This document shows positions 1 through 9,792 of a DNA stretch of 64,000 nt, piece by piece. Location: NCBI GenBank assembly GCA_963742885.1, contig CAVUNQ010000028.1:194902-258901 (forward strand), given 5' to 3'. The notes below the pieces were generated by a model, which saw nothing but the letters and a program-made list of their open reading frames with translations, had not been told where the DNA came from and made no database searches. The stretch is from an uncultured Planctomycetota bacterium (GTDB lineage Bacteria; Planctomycetota; Planctomycetia; Isosphaerales; Isosphaeraceae). Both the position numbers and the translations under genes were made by a program. Positions within the stretch are counted from its first letter, which is position 1; each line of letters starts with the position of its first letter.

Positions 1-2
1 AG

Positions 3-302
3 AAATGGGCCAACGAATGCCTGTACATCAACGTCTACGACCCGACCGTCCACGTCCTGCTGGCCGACGCCCAGGCCGCCGGCAAGAAGTTCGCCGAGGC
101 CATCGAGGAATACCACACGGCCATCGAGCTCAAGGCCAAGAAGCCCAACGACCTGAGGGTCAAGATCGCCAGGGCCCAGCGCGACAAGGGCGACCGCGAC
201 GCCGCCCGGGCCACCCTCGACGGCATCCTCAAGGAAGACCCCGAGCACCCCGAGGCCAAGGCGCTGCGGGAGGAGATCGATCCCGAGAAGGGCGGGAAAT
301 GA
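3..302 (+). CDS. C-terminal fragment of a TPR-like repeat protein (5' partial at window edge)
   Basis: Open frame from the window start to TGA at 300-302. The translation ...AIEEYHTAIELKAKKPNDLRVKIARAQRDKGDRDAARATLDGILKEDPEHPEAKALREEIDPEKGGK reads as TPR-like helical repeats. It is absent from the ORF track because it has no in-window start codon. Confidence 0.4.
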   Translation, partial: KWANECLYINVYDPTVHVLLADAQAAGKKFAEAIEEYHTAIELKAKKPNDLRVKIARAQRDKGDRDAARATLDGILKEDPEHPEAKALREEIDPEKGGK

Positions 303-707
303 GGCACGAGCAGAACGACCGTCTCGAGAGCGAGGTGGCGACGATGGACTGCGTGAACGGATCGAGGTCAATCCGAAGATCCTGGTGGGCAAGCCCGTCA
401 TCAAGGGCACCCGGCTTGCAGTCGAGTTCATCCTCGAGCTGCTGGCGGAGCATTGGACACACGAGCAGATCCTCAAGAGTTACTCGCAACTGCGCTGATG
501 AGGACATCTGGGCAGCTGCTCTCATACGGGGCCGAGAAAAGACCCTGGTCCCGGCGTCATCCTGCTTCGCCCTCGGTTGCGTGGTCCCGACTATCTGGCC
601 AGATTCGTCGCGGCCGTCCTATCACAGCCGATCAGCTGGGAGGGCCATTTCTGTGTGGCCCGAGAGGGGCGGATGCGTGTCGTTCCGATGCCCGAGTGAG
701 ACGCCAA

Positions 708-2064
708 ATGCCGTTCGAGAGACTCTCACCGATTGAATGCCTCTGGCGTTCTTCATGGGCGATCCTGGCCGGTCTGGTCGGGCTCGCCTCCCAGACCTGC
801 GCCGCCGACGCTCCTCCGCCCAACGTCGTCCTGATCATCGCCGACGACATGGGCTGGACCGACTACGGCTTCATGGGGCATCCGCAGATCCGCACGCCGC
901 GGCTCGACCGGCTGGCGGGCCAGGGCCTGACCTACCGCCGCGGTTATGTGACCACCAGCCTCTGCTCGCCCAGCCTGGCGAGCATCCTGACGGGCCGGTA
1001 TCCGCACCAGCACAGGATCACCAGCAACGATCCTCCCCTGCCCCCCGGGCTCGACGAGCGGACGGCCCGCCGCGATCCGCGGTTCCTGGCCGCGCCGGCA
1101 GGAGATGATCAAGCCGTTCGATGACATGCCGACCCTGCCGCGGCTGCTGGCCCCGAAGGGCTATCTCAGCTTCCAGGCCGGGCAAGTGGTGGGGCGGGTC
1201 GTACAAGCGGGGCGGGTTCACCCACGGGATGACGCACGGCGACCCGGCGCGCGGCGGCCGGCACGGCGACGCCGGGCTGGCGATCGGCCGCCAGGGGATC
1301 AAGCCCATCACGCTCTTCATCGAGCTGGCCCGCGCCCGCAAGGCGCCCTTCTTCCTCTGGTACGCGCCGATGATGCCCCACCAGCCGCACAACCCGCCCG
1401 AGCGGCTGCTCGCGCATTACCGCGGCAAGGCGCCCGACCGAGGAGGTCGCCAGGTACTGGGCGATGTGCGAGTGGTTCGACGAGACCTGCGGCGAGCTGC
1501 TCGACTTCCTCGATGAGCAGAAACTGGCCGACAACACCCTCGTGATCTTCCTGGCCGACAATGGCTGGATCCAGGACCCCCAGGCGGACGCGCTACGCGC
1601 CGCGGTCGAAGCAGTCGCCGTACGAAGGCGGGCTGCGGACCCCGATCCTCGTCCGATGGCCCGGCAAGGTCGCGCCGCGGACCTGCGACATCCCCGTCAG
1701 CGCGATCGACGTCGCGCCCACGATCCTCCGGGCCGCCGGCCTCGAGCCCCAGCCCGGCATGGAGGGCGTCAACCTGCTGGACGAGAAGGCCGTCGCCGGC
1801 CGGCCCGCGGTCTTCGGCGAGGTCTTCACCCACAACGCGGTCAACATCCACGACCCGGCCTCGAGCCTCCGCTTTCGATGGGCCGTCGAGGGCGACTGGA
1901 AGCTGATCGTCCCCGAGCGCCGCAACGAGCCGGACGGCGTCGTCGAGCTCTTCGACGTCGTGCACGACCCGGGCGAGACCCGCAACGTGGCCGTCGCGAA
2001 TCGGCAGAAAGTCGTCGAGATGCTCGTGAAGCTCGATACCTGCTGGATGGTCGGCCGGCGATGA
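708..2064 (+). pseudogene. Formylglycine-dependent (S1 family) sulfatase, disrupted by at least 4 frame shifts
   Basis: Signal peptide, then NVVLIIADDMGWTDYGFMGHP...TPRLDRLA, then the active-site block SLCSPSLASILTGRYP where the canonical C-x-P-x-R arginine reads as L. Later motifs (GKWWGG, FFLWYAPMMPHQPH, YWAMCEWFDETCGELLDFLDEQKLADNTLVIFLADNGW, SPYEGGLRTPILVRWPG) are each found in a different reading frame. Frame switches fall near positions 1050-1105, 1185, 1445 and 1600. Confidence 0.6.
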
Positions 2065-2130
2065 ACCGACGATCTCGCCGGACCGATTGGGCTCGCAACC
2101 GCCGTGGGGACGCAGATAAGATGGCCCGCC

Positions 2131-2460
2131 ATGAACGAACGAAACCCGGACTCCACAGGCTTGACACTCGGCGCCTTACAGACGATCATCTTACAAATGT
2201 ACGGCGAGAAGGACGCGGCGCGCGGGGACGCGGCCACGTTCCTCTGGCTGACCGAGGAGTTCGGCGAGCTGGCCACGGCCCTGCGCTCGGGGACGCAGGA
2301 CGAGCTGGCCGCCGAGATGGCCGATGTCCTGGCGTGGCTGGCGACCCTGGCCAACATCCGGGGCATCGACCTCGAGGACGCCGTGCTGCGCAAGTACGGT
2401 CGATCCTGCCCGGGCTGTCGGGCGATCCCGTGCGTCTGCGACCCGGCCGAGAAGCCCTGA
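2131..2460 (+). CDS. MazG-like nucleotide pyrophosphohydrolase domain protein
   Basis: A protein of about 110 aa with LGALQTIILQMYGEK...FLWLTEEFGELATAL...DELAAEMADVLAWLATLANIRGIDLEDAVLRKYG, the layout of small MazG-family NTP pyrophosphohydrolases. An alternative start lies at 2104. Confidence 0.55.
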   Translation: MNERNPDSTGLTLGALQTIILQMYGEKDAARGDAATFLWLTEEFGELATALRSGTQDELAAEMADVLAWLATLANIRGIDLEDAVLRKYGRSCPGCRAIPCVCDPAEKP

Positions 2461-2631
2461 GCCGCCGGTCGCCGCGGGATTCCGGACGGCGGCCGTCGAG
2501 ACACGACGCGGCGGACTGCGATCGGACGTCGATCGCCGAGGTTCGAACCAATCCGCGTCTCGCGTCGTAACAGCACCGATCGTGCGCACCCGTCGACCGT
2601 TCTCCTTAGACCCCTGGGATGTCTCCACTCC

Positions 2632-4972
2632 ATGACTCCTGACGCACAACCCGCGACGATACCCGCGCGACACCGACGCGCATCGAGGCGGATCGCGATC
2701 GGATGGGCCGGCGCGCTGCTGCTGGCGATGGGGGCCTCGGCGCAGGCCGCCAGCCGCCCGATCGAGATCGAGAACATGTGGATCGGCTTCGGCCAGACCA
2801 ACCAGTTCAAGGTGGGCACCTGGACGCCGGTCTGGGTCCAGCTCCGGGCCGGCGACGCGCGGTTCGAGGGGTCCATGGAGGTCGTCGTCGCCGACGAGGA
2901 CGGGACGCCGACGTCGTATTTCACCCGCGTGGACGTGGGTGCCAAGTCGAGCCAGGTGTTCACGGCGTACGTCCGGCCGGGTTCGAACAACCCCGATCTG
3001 ACGATCAAGCTGCACGATCGCGCCGGCCGGAACGTGGCCACCGTGCAGCAGGAGGCCATACTGCCCAATCCGCCGACGGTGTTGATGCCCCAGGAGTCGA
3101 TGATCCTGACGATGGGACGGCCGCAAGGTGTCGAGATCGTCCACACGTTGCCCGGCTTCCAGGAGGGGGCCCGGCGGCAGGGCGGCGCCGCGGCTGGGCG
3201 ACATGCTCGTGGTGACGCGGATCGACCCCCGGCTCGGGCGGCTGCCCGGCCGATGGTATGGCTACGACGCGGCGCGCACCGTCGTCCTGGACACCGCCGA
3301 CCCGGAGGTGATCAAGGCGCTCGACGGGATGCGCGGGCAGCCGCTGGTCGACTGGGTCCGGCGGGGCGGGCACCTGGTGATCTCGGTCGGGGCCAACTGG
3401 CAGATGGTGAGGGACAGCGTCCTGGAGCCGATCCTGCCCGGCGTCCTCAACGGCCAGGAACAGGTCGGCTCGCTGGAGGCGCTGGACACCTTCGCCGGCT
3501 CGACCAAGCAGATCACGCCGCCATCGTCGTCGGGCTCGCAGAAATACCTGGTCACCAAGCTCGAGGAGGTCGAGGGCGCGGGGGCACCGTGATGAGCGTG
3601 ATGTCCGGCCTGCCGCTGGTCGTCCGCGGCCCCTGCGGCTTCGGCCGGGTGACCCTGATCGCCGTGGACACCGACCAGAAGCTGTTCTCCGAGTGGCCCG
3701 ACAAGGCCCTGTTCTGGGCGCGGGCCCTGGACCTGCGCCCGCAGCGTCCGGAGCAGGCGTCCGCGGGCGTGCCCATGGGCGGTGCCGGCCGGTTCAACCG
3801 CATGGGGATCTCCGACCTGGCCGGCCTGCTCCGGGCCTCGCTCGAGCAGTTCCCGGGCGTGCGGCTCATCCCGTTCGGCTGGGTCGCGTTCTTCATCTTC
3901 CTGTATATCCTGCTCATCGGGCCGGGCGACTACTTCTTCCTCAAGAAGGTGCTCAAGAGGATGGAGCTGACCTGGATCACGTTCCCGACGATCGTGGTGA
4001 CCGTCAGCCTGCTGGCCTATTACGCGGCCTACCTGTTCAAGGGGAACGAGCTGCTGGTCAACCAGGTCGACGTCGTGGACGATCGACCAGGTCACCGGCC
4101 TGGGGCGCGGGTGGACGCTGGGCCGGGCTGTTCAGCCCGCAGAACCGCGACTACACGATGCGAGTCCTGCCCCTGCCGCTCGACCGCGAGCCGCCCCCGG
4201 CCGATGCCGGCACCGCCGGAGAGACGTCCGACCGTCGCCCGGGACCGAGGTCATGATGACCTGGTTCAGCTCGCCCGAGAATCAATTCGGCGCCATGGGG
4301 AGCACCAGCCGCCGATTCAGCTTCGGCAATTCGGGCTATTCCTACGGGGCCTTCGGCGACCACGGCGGCGCCGATCCGACCGCCGGCGCGGTCGAGAGCC
4401 TCCAGGGCGTCCGCATCCCGATCTGGAGCACCAAGAACGTCACCGCGCGGTGGTTCGGCCCGGCCGGGCCGCTGGTCGACTCGGACCTCCACCCGGTGGG
4501 GACGGACCGGCTCGCCGGCAAGATCACCAACCGGCTGGACATCCCGCTGGAGGACGCGATCGTGGCCTTCGGCAAGCAGGTCTACCTGGTGGGCAAGATC
4601 GGGCCCCGCGCGACGATCAACGTCGAACTCTCCGGCGACCGCAACCTCTCGGGCTATCTGAAGGAGAAGTCGAAGGGCTACCTGGATCAGATGGGGATGG
4701 ACCCCAACTTCCGGATCGATCGGTCCGTCCTCATGGTCGACGCGATGTTCCACGAGAGCGAGTCGCACGTGACCAACGACCGGTCGCTTACCAACGACAC
4801 GCTGCACGACCTGGACCTGACCGGCCAGCTCCTGCTGCCGCGGCCGATGCTCGTGGCCCGCGTGCACCGCCCGGGGTCGCGGCTCGTGCTGGACAACGCG
4901 CCGTCGCCCCCCAAGGTCAACCAGATGACCCTGGTCCGCATCATTTTGCCGCTCACCGAGGCCAAGCACTAG
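2632..4972 (+). CDS. Large secreted/membrane protein of unknown function (about 780 aa) with about 5 apparent frame shifts; possible partner of the downstream ABC ATPase
   Basis: N-terminal signal peptide MTPDAQ...LLLAMGASAQAAS. The natural-looking translation hops frames near positions 3175, 3580, 4080, 4125 and 4235. A central hydrophobic block FPGVRLIPFGWVAFFIFLYILLIGPG...ITFPTIVVTVSLLAYYAAYLF suggests 2-3 transmembrane helices. The gene ends 83 nt before the ABC ATPase. Confidence 0.5.
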
Positions 4973-5054
4973 CCCCCCATCGGGGCGTCGCCGTGACGCA
5001 GCCGACGCGACGGGGCGCCGACCGGCCGACGGGATCCCACACGAGGCCAACGCG

Positions 5055-5981
5055 ATGATCGAGACGCACGAACTGACCAAGATGTACGGTGAGCTGTACG
5101 CCCTCAACCGGCTCAACCTGACGCTGAACCAGGGGGACGTCTACGGCTTCATCGGCCCCAACGGCGCCGGCAAGACGACGACGATGCGGATCCTGGCCAC
5201 CCTGCTCAATCCCTCCTGGGGGGAGGCGACGGTCTGCGGCTATTCGATCTACACCGGGTCGAAGGAGATCCGCCGGGTGATCGGCTACATGCCCGACTTC
5301 TTCGGCGTGTACGACGACATGAAGGTGATCGAGTACCTCGAGTTCTTCGCCTCGGCCTACCGGATCAAGGGCGCGGCGCGGCGGAAGATCTGCGAGGAGG
5401 TGCTCGAGCTGGTCGACCTGACCTACAAGCGCGATGCGCTGGTGACCAGCCTCTCCCGCGGCATGACCCAGCGGCTGGGCCTGGCCCGCACCCTGCTGCA
5501 CGACCCGCAGGTCCTGCTCCTGGACGAGCCGGCCTCCGGGCTCGACCCCCGCGCCCGGATCGAGATGCGCGCGCTGCTCAAGGAGCTGCGGACCATGGGC
5601 AAGACGATCCTGGTCTCCAGCCACATCCTCCCCGAGCTGGCCGACATCTGCAACAAGATCGGCATCATCGAGCAGGGCTGCCTGCTGGTCAACGGCGAGG
5701 TCACGGAGGTGATGCGGCGGGTGCGGACCGACATCGTGCTCAACATCGCCGTCACCGACCGCCTGACCGACGCGGCCAACATGCTCGAGGGCCAGCCCGA
5801 GGTCGAGAACGTCCAGGACAAGAACGGCGTCCTGATCGTCAAGCTCAACGAGGGGGTCAACCAGTACGGCTTCCTCGCCAACCGGCTCATCGAGCAGGGC
5901 TTCGAGCTGACGCTCTTCAAGGAGGACGAGATCAACCTCGAGACGGCCTTCATGCACCTGACCAAGGGGATCACCAGTTGA
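5055..5981 (+). CDS. ABC transporter ATP-binding protein (ABC-2 / NatA / GldA-like subfamily)
   Basis: Walker A GPNGAGKTT, Q-loop, signature LSRGMTQRLGLARTLL, Walker B LLLDEPASGLD and H-loop SSHIL are all present. The 308-aa ORF is intact. No permease gene follows; the next gene is convergent. Confidence 0.85.
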   Translation: MIETHELTKMYGELYALNRLNLTLNQGDVYGFIGPNGAGKTTTMRILATLLNPSWGEATVCGYSIYTGSKEIRRVIGYMPDFFGVYDDMKVIEYLEFFASAYRIKGAARRKICEEVLELVDLTYKRDALVTSLSRGMTQRLGLARTLLHDPQVLLLDEPASGLDPRARIEMRALLKELRTMGKTILVSSHILPELADICNKIGIIEQGCLLVNGEVTEVMRRVRTDIVLNIAVTDRLTDAANMLEGQPEVENVQDKNGVLIVKLNEGVNQYGFLANRLIEQGFELTLFKEDEINLETAFMHLTKGITS

Positions 5982-6087
5982 TGATCGGACCCGGCGCGGC
6001 CGCGCGGCCGCCGGGCGGGAGCGCGGGCTCCGGCCCGCCGGCCGCGGCGTGCGTCGGACGATCCTCCCCGGACGGGATCCTCTCGGC

Positions 6088-7556
6088 TCAAGGGGACACA
6101 CCCTGGAGGGCCGTGAGGTAGCCGTTGGGTGCTGGGCCCGACTGGGTCGGGGCGAGCCCCCGGTCGAGGAGCTGGTCGGCAACTGGGTGAGGACGGGGGG
6201 ATTGACCTGCGTGGGCGATCCGTATTCCTCGAACAGCCGGCTGAAGCCCTGGACGCTGCCCTCGACGTACATCGTGTTATAGATCACGCCGCCGAGCCCG
6301 AAGACGCTCCCCGGGCTGATGGAGACGTTGCCCTGGATGAAGCTGCCGACCGACGGGATCGTCACGCTGATGATGGAATTGGCGACCGAGGTGTAGTTGA
6401 GGGTCAGCACATTCGACCCCGTGCCGGTCCCCTTGGGCGGCTGGGAGATCAGCCCGAGGTTGCGGCCGATGATGAAGTTGGCCCCGTCGGACAGGGTGAT
6501 GGGGCCGCCGACGTTGAGCAGGTTGAGATCGCGGCCGATCGTGATCCCCGTGCCGCTGCCGCTCAGGTCGATGTTGCCGGACACGTCGAGAGTCTGCAGG
6601 TCACCGCCGGTGGTGATCGAGGCGCCCGGCAGGATCCCCGCGAAGGCGATGCGATCGATCGGCGTGGTCCCGACGGACTGCAACGAGCCGGACAGCTCGG
6701 CGTCCTGGAAGCCTTCGATGTCCCCGATCTCGCCGCTGGTGACCGAGAGCTGCCCGATGTTGAGCAGGTGGACCCTCCCGGACTCCCCGTAGGCGAAGCT
6801 GTGGGCGAAGCCCTTCTTCTGAGGCTGGCCGAGCGGGTTGATCGTCAGCTCGGTATTCGGCGTCGAGCCGTCGACGATGATCCCCACCTTGCCGCCAGGC
6901 ATGGCGTAGGCCCGGACCGTGCCGATCGGCTGGGGATAGTTGGCGTTCTGCTGGGACACGAGCGATGTCGCGGTCGTCGCGGTCGAGTTGCCGCCCTGGC
7001 CGTTCGATCCTTCGGCGATGTCCGTCGAGATCGTGTTGGACGTGTACGACAGCTTGATCATGTAGTGCGAGCCGTCCAGGGCCGTCACCTCGACGGCCTG
7101 GCCGCCGCGGGCGGTCTGGGTCGCGATGGCCACCCTCTTCCGCGTGATGCCGCTGACCGGATACTTCAGCGGTGCATGCTGCACCTGCGGAGGCAGGTTC
7201 TTGAGATAGGCGGCGCGGGCGCCGGGATGCTTGAGCAGGTACTCGGCGTTGCCCAGGACCTTCGGGACCACGTGCCAGTAGGTCAGGAGCATCCGCACCT
7301 CCAGGCCGCCGTCCACGGTCGGATAGAAGGTGCGCGAGGGCGTCTTGCGGCCCGTCGATCCGCCACGACTCCCGGAGGCGGCACGCCAGGCCCAGCCCGG
7401 CGCCATCCGCTCGAGCAGCGAGGACCAATCCCTCCCGCGGATTTCGCGAAGCAGTGCGACGAGGCGCCTGCCCGGAAGGAAGCTCCACGACGACGCCGAG
7501 TGGACGGAGCCCCCGGCCGGGCGCGGAGTGTCAGACTCCTTGCGAGATAATGTCAT
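6088..7556 (-). CDS. Hypothetical repeat-rich secreted protein (G/S/T/N-rich, beta-helix/adhesin-like composition), 3' end ambiguous
   Basis: The ORF track shows an 867-aa minus-strand ORF, but only the first ~440 aa read as protein. Beyond a G6 homopolymer near 6196-6201 the listed frame becomes low-complexity antisense of the ABC gene. A -1 frame gives a natural-looking C-terminus ...ADQLLDRGLAPTQSGPAPNGYLTALQGVSP ending at 6088. GC is visibly lower than the surrounding sequence. Confidence 0.45.
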
Positions 7557-7957
7557 GCGACGATCCTCCTGATCGCAGCCAACCGGTGCTGGGGAAGTCC
7601 GCTCCGTCCCGCTCGTCCCGTCCGGGGGACGACGGCGGAGGATCCACGGACCCTTACTCTCCCGCCGGATCCTCCGGCGGGTGAAAGACCGAGATCGGGA
7701 CCTCCCAGGTTGTATCCTGATCTACCTCCTGTTATCGGCGGCTCGGTGCATCGTCCGGCGTGCGATCGTCCTCCCGCTTGGTCCCGTTGTTCGCACGGCA
7801 CGACCTGTAACGGATGGCGCGACGGCGTCGACATTGCGGCCTGGGCTGAGACCAGGGGAAAGGGCGATTGCGCCGGCGGCGGCGATCGAGCAGACGCTCG
7901 CCACGGCGCCGGCCGGGGGGAACTCACCGCCTTGACGTCACCGCCACAATCGAATCC

Positions 7958-8361
7958 CTAGGCTGTCCGGCGGGGACCGGTCGGACCCGTTGCGGACCAA
8001 CCCGACAGGTTCCAGATGTTGCGGAGCTGCTGCCGGCAGGCCTCCGGCATGTCACCGGAGAAGGCCAGGTTGATCCGCCGGCCCGAGGCGATCCCGCGGA
8101 TCGACCCGCGGCGGACTCCGTTGTGGTGCAGATCTCGCCGACGTCCCGGAGGAAGCCGCGCGTGACCGTCCCCCGGGCGGTGCGAGGCACGCCATCGATG
8201 ATCCGGACGACGAAGATGGGCCGGGGAAGGCAGGCCGAATAAAGGCCCCATCCGATCATCAGGGCGGCGGCCAGCATGATCAGGGCAGACACGAAGATCG
8301 CCTCGGGGCGGTGCAATGATGGGGAATCGGGCAACAGCGAGTGCCCCACTCCCCGGATCAT
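7958..8361 (-). CDS. Hypothetical small membrane protein (probable frameshift)
   Basis: Start MIRGV... with a transmembrane helix IFVSALIMLAAALMIGWGLYSACL, immediately downstream of DUF1501 on the same strand. The C-terminal half only looks natural in a second frame (7958..8251). Confidence 0.25.
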
Positions 8362-8383
8362 CGCAGTTGCGGGCGGGTTCCGT

Positions 8384-9689
8384 CTAGGCGAACAGCTCGC
8401 GGACGGGTTTGCCGCCGTCGACGACCTTGATCGGGCGACCGAGGGGGGTCATGGCCTCCTTGCTGGGATCGACCTTGAGCGAATGGCAGATCGAGGCCAG
8501 GAGGTCGGGGACGGAGACGGGACGGTCCTTCACTTCCATACCGTCGGGGCTGGAGGTGCCGATGACCCGGCCGCCCTTGACGCCACCTCCGGCCAGGGCG
8601 ACGTTGAAGACCCTGGGGAAGTGATCGCGGCCCGCGGAAGGGTTGATCTTGGGCGTGCGGCCGAACTCGCCCATCCAGACGATCAGCGTGCTGTCGAGCA
8701 GGCCGTTTCGCTTGAGGTCCTGGATCAATGTCGCGAACGCCGGATCGACCTGGGAGGCGAGCTTGCCGACCTTCTCGTGGCTCTGCTGGTGGGTGTCCCA
8801 GCCGTTGGAGCGGACCTCGACGAAGGTGACGCCGGCCTGGACGAGCCGGCGGGCGAGCAGGCAGCCCTGGCCGAACGGGGTGCGGCCGTAGGCGGTGCGG
8901 ATCGGTTCAGGCTCCTCCTCCAGGCTGAAGGCGCATGCGGGGCGAGAGGATCATCCGCGCCGTCTGGGTGTACAGGGCGCGATGATCCTTGACGCGATCC
9001 ATGCCGCCGACCCGCTCGAAGCCGGCGTTCTCGAGGCGGTCGAGCAGTCCCAGCCGGCGGCGGAACCGGTCGGTGGGTGTCCTGGGCTGGGTGTTCTCGG
9101 GCGGCTTCTCGGGGTTCTGGACCACGAAAGGCTCCATGGCCGCACCCAGGAAGCCGGCGCCGATGGTCGGCCCGCCGATGCTGACGATGTGCGGCAGGTC
9201 GAACTTGCTCTCGCCCAGCTCGCCCGCCACGGAGCAGCCGAGACTCGGGTGCTTGACCGTCGCCGAGGGCACATAGCCGGTGTGGAGCTGGTAGGTGGCC
9301 CGCTGATGGTTGCCTTCCTTGTTGGTCATGGACCGCACCAGGGCGATCTCGTTCATGACCTTGGCCGTATGCCCCCAGCCTTCCGCGATCGAGATCCCCG
9401 ATACTGCCGTGCTGATCGCGCGGGTCTCACCCCCGTGATCGGTGCCGGGCTTGGGGTCGAAGGTCTCGAACTGGCTGGGACCCCCGGCCATCCAGAGCAG
9501 GATGCAGGCCATCCTGCGCTTCTTCATCTCGCCCGCCTGGAGCGCCATCCAGTCGGTGAAGCTCACCGGTACCGCGGCGGTCGCCGCCAGGCCCGCCGCC
9601 CCGAGGCCGATCGTCCGCAGGAAATGCCGGCGGCCGACGATCCCCTCGCCGCTCATCGCCACTTGCACCAACTCGCGTTCGGTGTCCAT
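8384..9689 (-). CDS. DUF1501 family protein (sulfatase-like fold, Tat signal), 1-2 frame shifts
   Basis: Twin-arginine signal RRHFLRTIGLGAAGLAATAA at the N-terminus. The N-terminal two-thirds (ORF 8907..9689) and the C-terminal third (ORF 8384..8728, ...LIVWMGEFGRTPKIN...DHFPRVFNVALAGGGVKGG) match DUF1501 but sit in different frames. The break is near 8730-8930. Confidence 0.8.
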
Positions 9690-9792
9690 CGCTATTGGCC
9701 TCGCTGGCTGGGGTGTTCCGGGCCGGCAGCCGGCCCATGTCCTCGAAATATCGCCCGACCGGGATCCGGACGCGGGTTCGAGCGATCCGCCC

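Noticed and set aside
5-736. 243-aa track ORF at window start
   Set aside because: Its frame is R/P/G-rich nonsense. The real coding frame over 3-302 is a different one (TPR-like C-terminus).
2500-2575. tRNA-like T-loop fragment (gaggttcgaacc)
   Set aside because: No acceptor/T-stem complementarity and no cloverleaf can be drawn. It lies in a short intergenic tail after the MazG-like gene.
1593-3146. 517-aa minus-strand ORF
   Set aside because: It is antisense to the sulfatase, the MazG-like gene and the start of the 2632 protein. The composition is S/R/A/P-rich and not protein-like.
6129-7550. 473-aa plus-strand ORF
   Set aside because: It is antisense to the repeat-rich secreted protein gene. 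The translation is dominated by G/R/D/A.
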